Under the pieces are notes generated by a model, which worked only from the letters and a program-made list of their open reading frames with translations, was not told the DNA's origin and made no database searches. A DNA stretch of 60,929 bases, filler included. It is 8 parts of 8 records of this genome, joined end to end, with 100 filler letters (N's around TTAATTAATTAA, not from the genome) between each part and the next. Parts side by side here need not be neighbours in the genome. Positions count along the whole stretch, not along the records: positions 23,392 to 31,342 come from SRR31156797_34887; positions 31,443 to 37,120 come from SRR31156797_34894; 6 more parts are not named here. One strand, 5' to 3'. The translations under genes were made by a program, and so were the position numbers. This document shows positions 27,350-35,875 of the stretch, in pieces. Every line of letters begins with the position of its first letter. Position 1 is the first letter of the stretch.

Positions 27350-29302
27350 TCAGACCTCTAATCCGGCAAGGGCGCCTTCTCTGACAGCCGAATCAATCCT
27401 GCGCGGGGCCACGCAGTCGCCGGCGCGCAGAACCTTTAGACCCATTGCCTTAAGCTCATTGTATAATGAATCATTTGGGATCTGGCCCATGACCGTGACC
27501 ACGGTGTCATAACCTGGCCAATTTTTTACGGCGCCGGTGTGTTTATCGATAGTTTCCACTACTGTTCCATTAATGGCCGTGACCAGCTGGTCGCAGTGGA
27601 TGGCAACGCCTCTGGAGTCAAGTTGTCCGCGAATGAAATTCAAATCTCCCTGTGGGGCCAGGTCAAGTCCGATAAAAAGTTCGCTGGACATCATTTCAAC
27701 CCGGCTTCCACGATCGGCGATGAAGACCGCTGTCAGGGCGGCCTTGTAGTGTCCGTCCTCGTCGATCAGCAGCACGTTTTTACCGACAGGATATTTTTCT
27801 TCAAGCACATCCCTTACGGTCAATACTTCAGGCGGACCGTATTTTCCGGGAACCGGTGCGGGATTAGGGATAGATCCCAAGGCCAGGATCACGGCGTCAG
27901 GCTCCAGGGCCATAATCGATGTAGCATCCATTTTTCTCCCATAGAATACAGGGACTCCGATTTTTTCCAGACGTGCGGCCATGCGGCCGACCATTACCCC
28001 AATTTCGGACCGTCCTGGTTGGATGCCCGCCAGGCGCGCCTGACCGCCGGGTTCGTCCTGCTCTTCAAAGATTAGAACGTTATGCCCACTCGATGCGGCA
28101 ATGTATGCGGCTTCAAGCCCGGCCGGCCCGGCGCCGACCACGACAATCTTTTTCTGCTTATCGGCTTTTTTACCTTTTGGCTTTTTGGATTCCCGGCCGG
28201 TCCGGGGATTTTGAATACACCCAATTGTTCGATCCCGATTGGTTCGCCCAATACAGGACTGGTTATCGTACACGCAGGCGGTTATTTCCGATTCACGGCC
28301 TTCTTGAATTTTTTTCGGCAGATCGGGATCGCAGATAAGCGGCCGCCGCCATGAGATCATATCGGCCTGCTTCGAGTCTAAAGCTTCTTCGGCCATTTCC
28401 GGCGTTGTAATCCTATTGCCCACGGCCACGGGCAGTGAAACTTTTTCCTTGAGCGATGCGGCCAGATCCAGGTTGAATCCCCGGGAATGGTGCATAGAAG
28501 CCCTGACCAGATGCAGATTATAGTAAGTGCCCACGGTTGTGCAGAAGAAGTCGACCAGTCCGGATTCCTGCAACCGTATGGCCGCTTGAAGAGCTTCTTC
28601 CCGGTCCAGGGCGCCGTAAAACATTTCATCAAGGCAGAAAACCGGCCCGATAGGGAAATCCGGCCCCACTGCACCCCGCACCGCCTTGATAATTTCGAGG
28701 GGGAAGCGGAGTCTGCCTTCCAGGTCGCCTCCGTAATCGTCGTCTCGCGTATTAGTGAGAGGAGAAAGAAACTGACGCAGAAGACTATCCGAGCCTATGC
28801 CGATTTCAATGCCGTCAAAACCGGCCTCTTTTAAGGCTTCGGCGCCTTGGGCCAGTGCTTCCGTAACTTCCCGTATTTCTTCCGAGCCCATTTTTCGGCA
28901 TACTTCACCGTAGACAATGTCAGAAACCGGGACCGGCCCCCAGGTCGGCAGGCGACTGATAGCTCCATGGCTCTGAAATCCGCGATGATTAACCTGGGCA
29001 AAGACGGCGGCGCCGGCGGATTTCAGGGTTTCAGCCAGGCGTTTCAAGTCGTCGACGCCGGCCGGCGTATAGGCTTCTATCATTTTTTCATACGGGCGAT
29101 CACCTGGATGATAGCTGATTTCGCCGACAACCACGGCGCCGCAGCCGCCATTGGCGCGGGCCTGATAATAGGCGGTCAGGGTTTCGCTCACCCGGCCGTT
29201 ATGGGCAAGGTTTGTTCTGTGCGGCCGGAAAATGATCCGGTTTTTGAGCCGAACGTTCCCCAGTTGGACGGGAGAGAGCAGATTTTTGTAGGAACCGGTC
29301 AT
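27350..29302 (-). CDS. Mycofactocin-system FadH/OYE family oxidoreductase (OYE1-like)
   Basis: Paralog of the downstream gene: RQFLSPLTN, CVYDNQSC..C, VGAGPAG; starts 1 nt after the mftC stop. Confidence 0.82.
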   Translation of the reverse strand: MTGSYKNLLSPVQLGNVRLKNRIIFRPHRTNLAHNGRVSETLTAYYQARANGGCGAVVVGEISYHPGDRPYEKMIEAYTPAGVDDLKRLAETLKSAGAAVFAQVNHRGFQSHGAISRLPTWGPVPVSDIVYGEVCRKMGSEEIREVTEALAQGAEALKEAGFDGIEIGIGSDSLLRQFLSPLTNTRDDDYGGDLEGRLRFPLEIIKAVRGAVGPDFPIGPVFCLDEMFYGALDREEALQAAIRLQESGLVDFFCTTVGTYYNLHLVRASMHHSRGFNLDLAASLKEKVSLPVAVGNRITTPEMAEEALDSKQADMISWRRPLICDPDLPKKIQEGRESEITACVYDNQSCIGRTNRDRTIGCIQNPRTGRESKKPKGKKADKQKKIVVVGAGPAGLEAAYIAASSGHNVLIFEEQDEPGGQARLAGIQPGRSEIGVMVGRMAARLEKIGVPVFYGRKMDATSIMALEPDAVILALGSIPNPAPVPGKYGPPEVLTVRDVLEEKYPVGKNVLLIDEDGHYKAALTAVFIADRGSRVEMMSSELFIGLDLAPQGDLNFIRGQLDSRGVAIHCDQLVTAINGTVVETIDKHTGAVKNWPGYDTVVTVMGQIPNDSLYNELKAMGLKVLRAGDCVAPRRIDSAVREGALAGLEV

Positions 29303-29303
29303 G

Positions 29304-30320
29304 TCAGGCCGCGACCAGCCCCAGGCAGCGCATGCATTCCGGGTCAGGCTGGTTTAATTCATTATAAGTATGATAGGCCACTGCCGGACAACCGCCCCTG
29401 CAGGATTCGAAACGGTAGCAGGATTCACAGGAACCGACTTCCATGTTCCGAAACTCGTCGAAGATTTTAGACTGTCGCCAGATATCGCTTAACGACTGCT
29501 GTCTGACGTCGCCGGCCTTGAACTCCGGTTCCTGGAGAAAAGCACATGGATAGACTTCGCCTGTCGGCGACAGACAACAGGTCATTTTGGCGGCGCCGCA
29601 CATATCCAGGCCCTGGCGGCGCCGTTTTTCCGATGTCAGGGAAAAAAATGAATCCCCGGTGCGGATCATATCGTGTTCGCTAAGCCAGCCGGCGAAAGAT
29701 TCTAGCTGTTCCTTATCAGGCTTGAGTTGATCGTTGTTGGATTTGCCCCGGCCGGACGGGCGGAAGCGGGACACCCGAAGGTCCGCGGAATAATTCGCGG
29801 CCAGGGATCGCAAATCATCTAGCTGGGGATAGCTTTGTTTGGTCAGAACAGTGTTGAAGCTGAAGCGGACGCCTTGTCCCGCCAGGTTTTCCGCGGCCTG
29901 AAGAACCTTGAGGTAAGTCCCCTGCCCTCGTATTTCGTCGTTGACTGCGGCCGTGGCCCCATCCAGACTGATCTGCAAAAACAGCATGGACATTTTTGAA
30001 AGGGTTGCGGCCAGATCGGCGTCAATGAGAGTGCCGTTTGTGCTCACGCAGGCGACTATGCCCTTTTCATGAGCGTATTTCAACAGGTCGAGGAAATCCG
30101 GCCTCATGAACGGTTCGCCGCCGCCGATGTTTATTTGAAAGACGCGCAACCGGGCCAGTTCATCCAATACTTTAATGCATTCTTCCGTAGTCAGCTCATC
30201 TGTTGCAGCCGGCCCCGAGGCGGACAGGCAGTGACGGCAGAACAGGTTGCACTTAAAGGTGATTTCCCAGGTCAGATTCACAGGCGCCCGTAAACCGCTT
30301 CGTGCGAGGTTAGAACTCAA
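29304..30320 (-). CDS. mftC: Mycofactocin radical SAM maturase MftC (SPASM)
   Basis: APVNLTWEITFKCNLFCRHCLS, QINIGGGEP, QISLDGAT, RFRPSGRG and SPASM cysteines CGAA..CC..VYPC..CESC..CRGGC..PDPEC; TTG start with AAGGAG RBS. Confidence 0.9.
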   Translation of the reverse strand: MSSNLARSGLRAPVNLTWEITFKCNLFCRHCLSASGPAATDELTTEECIKVLDELARLRVFQINIGGGEPFMRPDFLDLLKYAHEKGIVACVSTNGTLIDADLAATLSKMSMLFLQISLDGATAAVNDEIRGQGTYLKVLQAAENLAGQGVRFSFNTVLTKQSYPQLDDLRSLAANYSADLRVSRFRPSGRGKSNNDQLKPDKEQLESFAGWLSEHDMIRTGDSFFSLTSEKRRRQGLDMCGAAKMTCCLSPTGEVYPCAFLQEPEFKAGDVRQQSLSDIWRQSKIFDEFRNMEVGSCESCYRFESCRGGCPAVAYHTYNELNQPDPECMRCLGLVAA

Positions 30321-30573
30321 TTATCACTCCTTTGTGTTTCAGGTTTTCCAGGGCTTTTTTAAGTCCGGCTGCTTTTTTAAAGGATTCCGGGCCTTGCTCC
30401 ATTTTCTTGTCGACCCATTCCCTCAGGGTAATATCGCTAGTAAAAAACTCTTCGCCCAACAACTTTTTGGAAGCGAGGAAGAAAAGCCTGGGGCCGTGCA
30501 TGGAATAGAACAGCAGCCCGAAATCTTCTTCACGGACCTGGGCGCCAGGCGCCAGTCTGTATTTGGTATCCAT
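30310..30573 (-). CDS. mftB: Mycofactocin RRE peptide chaperone MftB
   Basis: YRLAPGAQVREEDFGLLFY..PRLFFL and ALENLKHKGVI match the MftB/PqqD-like pattern; lies between mftA and mftC. Confidence 0.85.
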   Translation of the reverse strand: MDTKYRLAPGAQVREEDFGLLFYSMHGPRLFFLASKKLLGEEFFTSDITLREWVDKKMEQGPESFKKAAGLKKALENLKHKGVIIEF

Positions 30574-30697
30574 TATCAATCCTTAGTTCGGCGCGGCCGG
30601 AGCAGCAGCGGTTCAAGTATCGGCTTCTTTGGTCAGGCGCCAAATACTTATTTTGCATTCCATAAATAATTGGCAATACGATCCATTCCATTATTTT

Positions 30698-30769
30698 GCA
30701 GGTTGGGTTAGCAAAGCCTAACCCAACACCTTTATATTGGTGGGTTACGTTCCGCTAACCCAACCGACC
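30698..30769. repeat. Inverted pair of REP-like palindromes (REPIN-like)
   Basis: GCAGGTTGGGTTAG-CAAAGC-CTAACCCAAC (30698-30727) and an inverted copy whose minus strand reads GGTCGGTTGGGTTAGCGGAACGTAACCCACCA (30738-30769). Confidence 0.7.
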
Positions 30770-30784
30770 TAGGATGCGGCCGGA

Positions 30785-30922
30785 TCAATAAACGCCGCAG
30801 ATTCCGTCAATGGCCATTTCTTCGATTTCGATCTCCTCGATCGCAAACGCGTCTTCCTTACTTTCACTTGCAGCTTCCGGTAGTTCGACAGCATTTTCGT
30901 TCAATTTACGTTCGTTGTTCAT
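30785..30922 (-). CDS. mftA: Mycofactocin precursor peptide MftA (45 aa; missed by ORF track)
   Basis: Manual translation MNNERKLNENAVELPEAASESKEDAFAIEEIEIEEMAIDGICGVY*; GGAGG RBS upstream; C-terminal IDGxCGVY hallmark. Confidence 0.95.
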   Translation of the reverse strand: MNNERKLNENAVELPEAASESKEDAFAIEEIEIEEMAIDGICGVY

Positions 30923-30962
30923 ATGGTTCCTCCACTTGTTTTATTTAATTACAGACGCCGGC

Positions 30963-31342
30963 TTAGTCCCATTTACAGACCCAACGCCCGTTAATTTCCT
31001 TATGTTCCATGGCCTCGGCCACCTGGTTGATTTCTTCCAGGTCAAAATAACGTGTGGTCAATTTACCCAGGGGAATATCGCCCCGGACGACCATATCGGC
31101 CATGCGCGGGATATCCACTGATGTGCGGATATTGCCGTACAGGGTGCCAATCACGGATTTACCGTGATGCGTCAAAAAGTTAAGCGGCAGTTCGGTCATG
31201 GCTTCTTCCGGGCAGATGCCCACGACCACCAGCTTGCCGAAAGGCGCCAGGGCCCAGAAGGCCTGGTGAATGGCCCCGGGATTGCCGACAACCTCAAAAA
31301 TATGTTGGGCGCCCCATCCCCCGGTAAGTTCCTTCACCTTCG
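30963..31342 (-). CDS. Zn-dependent (MDR) alcohol dehydrogenase, 5'-truncated
   Basis: ELTGGWGA..FEVVG, GKLVVVG, GTLYG and LEEIN C-terminal MDR motifs; ends 40 bp before mftA. Confidence 0.8.
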
Positions 31343-31442
31343 NNNNNNNNNNNNNNNNNNNNNNNNNNNNNNNNNNNNNNNNNNNNTTAATTAATTAANN
31401 NNNNNNNNNNNNNNNNNNNNNNNNNNNNNNNNNNNNNNNNNN
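31343..31442. other. Artificial contig linker
   Basis: N-run with TTAATTAATTAA. Confidence 0.98.
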
Positions 31443-31670
31443 TTCATCGGCAAAAAGACGCATTGTAATTGCCGGCACCAAAAACAGATACAACCAGGGC
31501 GCCAGCGAAAAAAGCGTTTCCAGCGATGCATAGCCGCTGTCGGGAATATTATAAGTTCCCGGAAAAACCCAAAGAAATAATCCGGTTACCAGCAAAAATA
31601 CCAACACTGCAAGGTAACCGATCAACGATCCTAAAAATGTTTTTATCTCTTTTTGGAATAAACTGTACAT
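31443..31670 (-). CDS. gldF: Gliding motility ABC transporter permease GldF, 3'-truncated
   Basis: KEIKTFLGSLIGYL..GLFLWVF..GYA..F.LAPW..LVPAITMR.FADE. Confidence 0.8.
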
Positions 31671-31704
31671 TATTATTAGTTTCGAGTTTAAAATTTTTAT
31701 TTAT

Positions 31705-32832
31705 TCATTTCAACAGTGAAATCATTGTTTCTGCGGCTTTATGCGAACATCCTGGCACACCCATAAATTCGTTTAATTTTTGATACTCGCCCTTAATTTT
31801 ATCAGGGTAAGTTTCATTAAAAAGTAATTTCTCCATTTCGTTCTTTACATTTTTCAATGTCATTTTTACCTGTATATATTCCCGCACAATTTCACGGTTC
31901 ATAATTATATTTGGCAACGACACACCTGCCATTTTAAACACAAAGTTTCGCATAACAAAATCCATTAACCATCCCCCTTCCACTTTATAAATTACAGTTT
32001 GTGGGACATTAAACAATGCAGCTTCTAAAGCGGCTGTTCCCGAGGCTACCAAAGCAGTGTGTGCGTTATTTAACAAATCGTAGGTCTGATCGAAAATGAT
32101 TTCAATTCCTGTATTCTCAAGGTATGAATTGTATAATTCGTTGTTAATGGTATTTACTCCGGCAACAACAAACTGAAATTCAGGAAATTCCTTTGAAACT
32201 TTCGCCATAAAAGGCAGCATTCGTTTAATCTCTTGCACGCGGCTACCTGCTAAAAGGGCAACGATTGGTTTTTCGTTCAAATTGTTTTTATCTAAAAAAT
32301 CATTTTTTGAAAGTGCTTTTTTGCGAAATTCTGCGATCGAATCCATTAATGGATTTCCCACATAATGGACTTCAAAATTATGCTTTTTATAAAATTCGGT
32401 TTCAAATGGAAAAATGGTAAACATCTCATCAACAAAAGCTTTTATCTTTTTGATTCGATATTCTTTCCATGCCCATATTTTAGGCGAAATATAATAGAAA
32501 ACTTTTATGTTGTGTTTTTTTGCAAATTCGGCAATTCGCAGGTTAAATCCCGGATAATCGATTAATATTAAAACATCGGGCTGGAACGTTAGAATATCTT
32601 TTTTGCAGTATTCCAGATTCCGGTTAATGGTTCTAATATTCAGTATTACATTTACAAAACCCATAAAAGCCATTTCGCGATAATGTTTTACGAGCTCTCC
32701 ACCAATTGCCTTCATTAAATGGCCGCCAAAGAAACGAAAGTCCGCATTTGCATCCTTCTGCTTTAACGCCTTCATCAGATTAGAACCATGTAAATCGCCA
32801 GATGCTTCGCCAGCTATCAGATAATATTTCAT
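31705..32832 (-). CDS. lpxB: Lipid-A-disaccharide synthase
   Basis: IAGEASGDLHG, IDYPGFN, YYISPKIWAW, VGNPL, GSR and ASGTA.LE motifs. Confidence 0.95.
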   Translation of the reverse strand: MKYYLIAGEASGDLHGSNLMKALKQKDANADFRFFGGHLMKAIGGELVKHYREMAFMGFVNVILNIRTINRNLEYCKKDILTFQPDVLILIDYPGFNLRIAEFAKKHNIKVFYYISPKIWAWKEYRIKKIKAFVDEMFTIFPFETEFYKKHNFEVHYVGNPLMDSIAEFRKKALSKNDFLDKNNLNEKPIVALLAGSRVQEIKRMLPFMAKVSKEFPEFQFVVAGVNTINNELYNSYLENTGIEIIFDQTYDLLNNAHTALVASGTAALEAALFNVPQTVIYKVEGGWLMDFVMRNFVFKMAGVSLPNIIMNREIVREYIQVKMTLKNVKNEMEKLLFNETYPDKIKGEYQKLNEFMGVPGCSHKAAETMISLLK

Positions 32833-32863
32833 CTTACACTATTTCTCGCTAAATCGTAAAAAG

Positions 32864-33166
32864 TTATAATGCCCTTGAAATTAAAACAGCAAAAGCATAA
32901 ACCAATGTTGCTCCCAAAACCCCTTTTGCAGCTTTATCGTATTTTAACCGAATAAATCCCATAAAAACCAGAATATTGGCAAATACACATAAACTTCCCA
33001 GTTTAACCAATGCACGAACATGCCAAAGACTTTTTATATAATTTGAGAATGATATTTCGTTATCGCCAAAAAAATAGGTTCCAAAAAATATAATTAAAGG
33101 AACCAGGAAACCGGCTAAGAAACCAATTCCCGCGTTATCTAGTGGTTTTCTTTTACGTTGCTGCAT
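32864..33166 (-). CDS. Small membrane protein
   Basis: Three hydrophobic segments; start shares a base with the surE stop. Confidence 0.7.
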   Translation of the reverse strand: MQQRKRKPLDNAGIGFLAGFLVPLIIFFGTYFFGDNEISFSNYIKSLWHVRALVKLGSLCVFANILVFMGFIRLKYDKAAKGVLGATLVYAFAVLISRAL

Positions 33167-33927
33167 TAAAATTTCCAGGTTTTAAGTTCATCGAGCGTTT
33201 TATAACAGGTCATATCCACAGTAACGGGAACTATTGAAGCATAATTGTTTTCGAGGGCATAAATATCGGTTTCCTTCGATTCTTCTTCAAAGTTTTTAAA
33301 ATACCCCGATAACCAGTGGTATTCCCTTCCGTGCGGATCGGTTCTTTTTTCAAACTCTTCCACCCATTTCCCATGAGTTTGCCGGCATACTTTTATTCCT
33401 TTTGGTTTACCTTTCGGAATATTTACATTTAAACAGGTAAAAGGAGGCAACCCTTTTTCCAAAACGCTTTGAAAAATTTTTGCCACCACAATTTTAGCTT
33501 TCGAAAAATCGGCCTGTGAACTATAATCATCCAGCGAAAACCCAACGGAAGGCACACCATGTAAACTTCCCTCAATTGCCGCTCCCATAGTTCCGCTGTA
33601 AATCACACTTATTGATGTATTTGCACCATGATTTATACCCGAAACCACATAATCGGGTGTACGTTCGAATAAACTGTTAAAACTAAGTTTTACACTATCT
33701 ACCGGAGTACCATTGCTTTTAAAAGTAGGCACATCGTGTATTTTCTCTACCGGAGTTGCCCGCAAAGGAGAATCGACTGTTATTGCACACGATTTCCCCG
33801 ACATTGATGTTTCGGATGAAATAACAACCACATCTCCAAAGAACTTCATTACTTCAACCAGTTCCTGCAATCCGCGGGCATGAATCCCATCATCGTTGGT
33901 CACTAAAATTAATGGATTTTCTGACAT
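33166..33927 (-). CDS. surE: 5'/3'-nucleotidase SurE
   Basis: ILVTNDDG, GTPVDSV, SGINHGAN and YSGT motifs; start at MSENP (33927) preferred. Confidence 0.93.
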   Translation of the reverse strand: MSENPLILVTNDDGIHARGLQELVEVMKFFGDVVVISSETSMSGKSCAITVDSPLRATPVEKIHDVPTFKSNGTPVDSVKLSFNSLFERTPDYVVSGINHGANTSISVIYSGTMGAAIEGSLHGVPSVGFSLDDYSSQADFSKAKIVVAKIFQSVLEKGLPPFTCLNVNIPKGKPKGIKVCRQTHGKWVEEFEKRTDPHGREYHWLSGYFKNFEEESKETDIYALENNYASIVPVTVDMTCYKTLDELKTWKF

Positions 33928-33945
33928 ATTTTTTTGCATAAAAAG

Positions 33946-33953
33946 CAAAGATA
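33946..33953 (-). promoter_or_regulatory. Bacteroidota -7 promoter element (TAnnTTTG) for surE
   Basis: TATCTTTG on the minus strand about 20 nt before the start. Confidence 0.5.
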
Positions 33954-34027
33954 AAGGAAATGATTAATGAACCTTAAATGTTTACAAATAAAAAGAATGG
34001 CAATTTTTAAAAGATGGCATCATTCGA

Positions 34028-34058
34028 AATAAAAATGCCGGCTATAAATAGCCGGCAT
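34028..34058 (-). terminator. Intrinsic terminator
   Basis: ATGCCGGCTAT-AA-ATAGCCGGCAT hairpin with a U-tract on the minus strand. Confidence 0.7.
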
Positions 34059-34086
34059 GCAAAAAACCAAAAACAAATAAACAAAC

Positions 34087-34389
34087 TTAATTCCAATCGT
34101 ATTTTGTAAAGTCATGTATAAATAATCCTTCTTCCGATGTAAGTGCGACATTATTTATTAACCGAAGAGCCAATTTGTGACCAATAAAATTCCTTTCGGC
34201 AAACCAATGTAAAATTTTATAACTTTTAAATGCTGTTTTTACTGAATATCCTGAATGTAAAACCGCAAGAAACGATTTTCTAAATTGTGGTTTAACCTTA
34301 AATAATTTCAGCTTTATTTGTTCAAATTCAGCGGGATTTACCAGGTTTTGTGTTTGATTGATAAATTCTAAAGTAGCATAACTTTTCAT
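34087..34389 (-). CDS. Hypothetical protein
   Basis: 100-aa ORF followed by a terminator; no recognised motif. Confidence 0.5.
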   Translation of the reverse strand: MKSYATLEFINQTQNLVNPAEFEQIKLKLFKVKPQFRKSFLAVLHSGYSVKTAFKSYKILHWFAERNFIGHKLALRLINNVALTSEEGLFIHDFTKYDWN

Positions 34390-34642
34390 TTCTTACCCCC
34401 CTTTCCTCTATTCATAATTCCTCATTTACAAAAATAAGGTAACCCGGTTAAATAACTGCAATCTAAAATACTGGAATTCGGGTTCAATTCGGCTGATTTT
34501 TTATCAGTATTGAACTGATAGAATTTAGTACGGAATCAAAATTTCGAAAACTATAATTACTTCCTGCTGGTAATTAAATCAATAGATTTGATCTATTTCA
34601 CATCATAATTTATTTTAAACCGAAATAAATTTTCACTGCCGA

Positions 34643-34668
34643 TGTAATGATATTACAAATTCTCCGTC
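34643..34668 (+). promoter_or_regulatory. Candidate ECF-sigma autoregulated promoter TGTAA-N17-CGTC
   Basis: TGTAA at 34643-34647 and CGTC at 34665-34668, 32 nt upstream of the ECF sigma gene. Confidence 0.45.
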
Positions 34669-34700
34669 ATACCTTTGAAACAAAACAAGACAACAAATAA

Positions 34701-35243
34701 ATGGTTGCCAGAGATTTTAAAACAAGAGTTTTACCGGTGAGCAAAAAGTTGCTTCGGTTCGCCACTCACTTTTTAAAAGATGAAGATGAGGCCCGCGATG
34801 TGGTTCAGGATGTATTCCTGAAGCTCTGGCAAAAAAGGGAGACTCTTGCAGAAATTGAAAATATTGAGGCTTTTGCAATGCGAATGACCCGGAACCGTTG
34901 TCTGGATGTAATAAGAGCCAATAAAGTAGTTCCGATTGATGCAGAAACCGACCGTAAATTGAAAGAAAAATCGGTCGACGTTCATTCAAAAATTGAATTG
35001 GGAGAATCGGCAAATCAGATAAAAAAACTGATTAGCCAACTGCCCGAATTGCAACGTACAATTATGCAGTTAAGAGACATTCAGCAGCTTTCGTATGAAG
35101 AAATTGCTGAAGTAACAGAATTAAAAGTAAATGCAATCAGGGTAAATCTTTCGAGAGCACGAAAAAAAGTAAGAAACGAATTTTTAAAAATAAATTCACA
35201 TGGAAACCAGGGAAGTAAAACAATTACTGCAACAGTATTTTAA
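34701..35243 (+). CDS. ECF RNA polymerase sigma factor
   Basis: EARDVVQDVFLKLW, RNRCLD and LSYEEIAE..NAIRVNLSRARKK motifs. Confidence 0.92.
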   Translation: MVARDFKTRVLPVSKKLLRFATHFLKDEDEARDVVQDVFLKLWQKRETLAEIENIEAFAMRMTRNRCLDVIRANKVVPIDAETDRKLKEKSVDVHSKIELGESANQIKKLISQLPELQRTIMQLRDIQQLSYEEIAEVTELKVNAIRVNLSRARKKVRNEFLKINSHGNQGSKTITATVF

Positions 35244-35745
35244 CGGAGAAAGTTCGGCTGAAGATGAATTAAGGCTGGAAGCTTATTTCCAAAGTGGAAA
35301 TATTGCTGAAGATGTAAAAGAATATGCTGAATTCTTTGGTGGAATTTCTGAACTATCGAATATTGCCGACGACCCTACTATTGAAGCCGATATTATGGAT
35401 TATATATTGGAAAATGAACACCAGGAAAAGACAAAATACCGCGGGCTTTGGAAAACTGTTACCGGAATAGCCGCGTCGATAATTATAGTTTTGGGAGGAG
35501 TATTATTTTACGAACAACAACAAAAACCATTTGATGATACATTTGAAAATCCCGAGCAAGCGTACGTATACGCACAGCAAACTCTTCAGTATGTTTCGGG
35601 AAAATACAACAAAGGACTCGCAGAACTTTCGAATTTTGAAGTACTGGAAACAGCTTCAAAACCATTAAAAAAAGGAGTAAAACCCATTAATGAATATTAC
35701 AAATTGGTTGAAAATGTTGTTGAAACAAATAAAAAAGCGGAATAA
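35200..35745 (+). CDS. Putative single-pass anti-sigma factor
   Basis: Overlaps the sigma gene; LLQQYFNGESS.EDE..L N-terminus and GIAASIIIVLG TM helix. Confidence 0.75.
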   Translation: METREVKQLLQQYFNGESSAEDELRLEAYFQSGNIAEDVKEYAEFFGGISELSNIADDPTIEADIMDYILENEHQEKTKYRGLWKTVTGIAASIIIVLGGVLFYEQQQKPFDDTFENPEQAYVYAQQTLQYVSGKYNKGLAELSNFEVLETASKPLKKGVKPINEYYKLVENVVETNKKAE

Positions 35746-35875
35746 AATAAACAGCTGTAAGTTTTAAATAAATAATGTTGAAAATCATGAAACGCTCTAT
35801 TATTAGGCATTTCAGAAAACAAGAACAAATTAATTATTTCGGATAAATAAAATTACAAACTAAAAAATACATAAA

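Noticed and set aside
29304-30573. PqqE/PqqD or heme-biosynthesis AhbC/D assignment
   Set aside because: The adjacent peptide ending IDGICGVY and MftC-type motifs identify mycofactocin.
30810-31121. Plus-strand 103-aa ORF
   Set aside because: Antisense to mftA and the ADH; low-complexity Ser-rich shadow.
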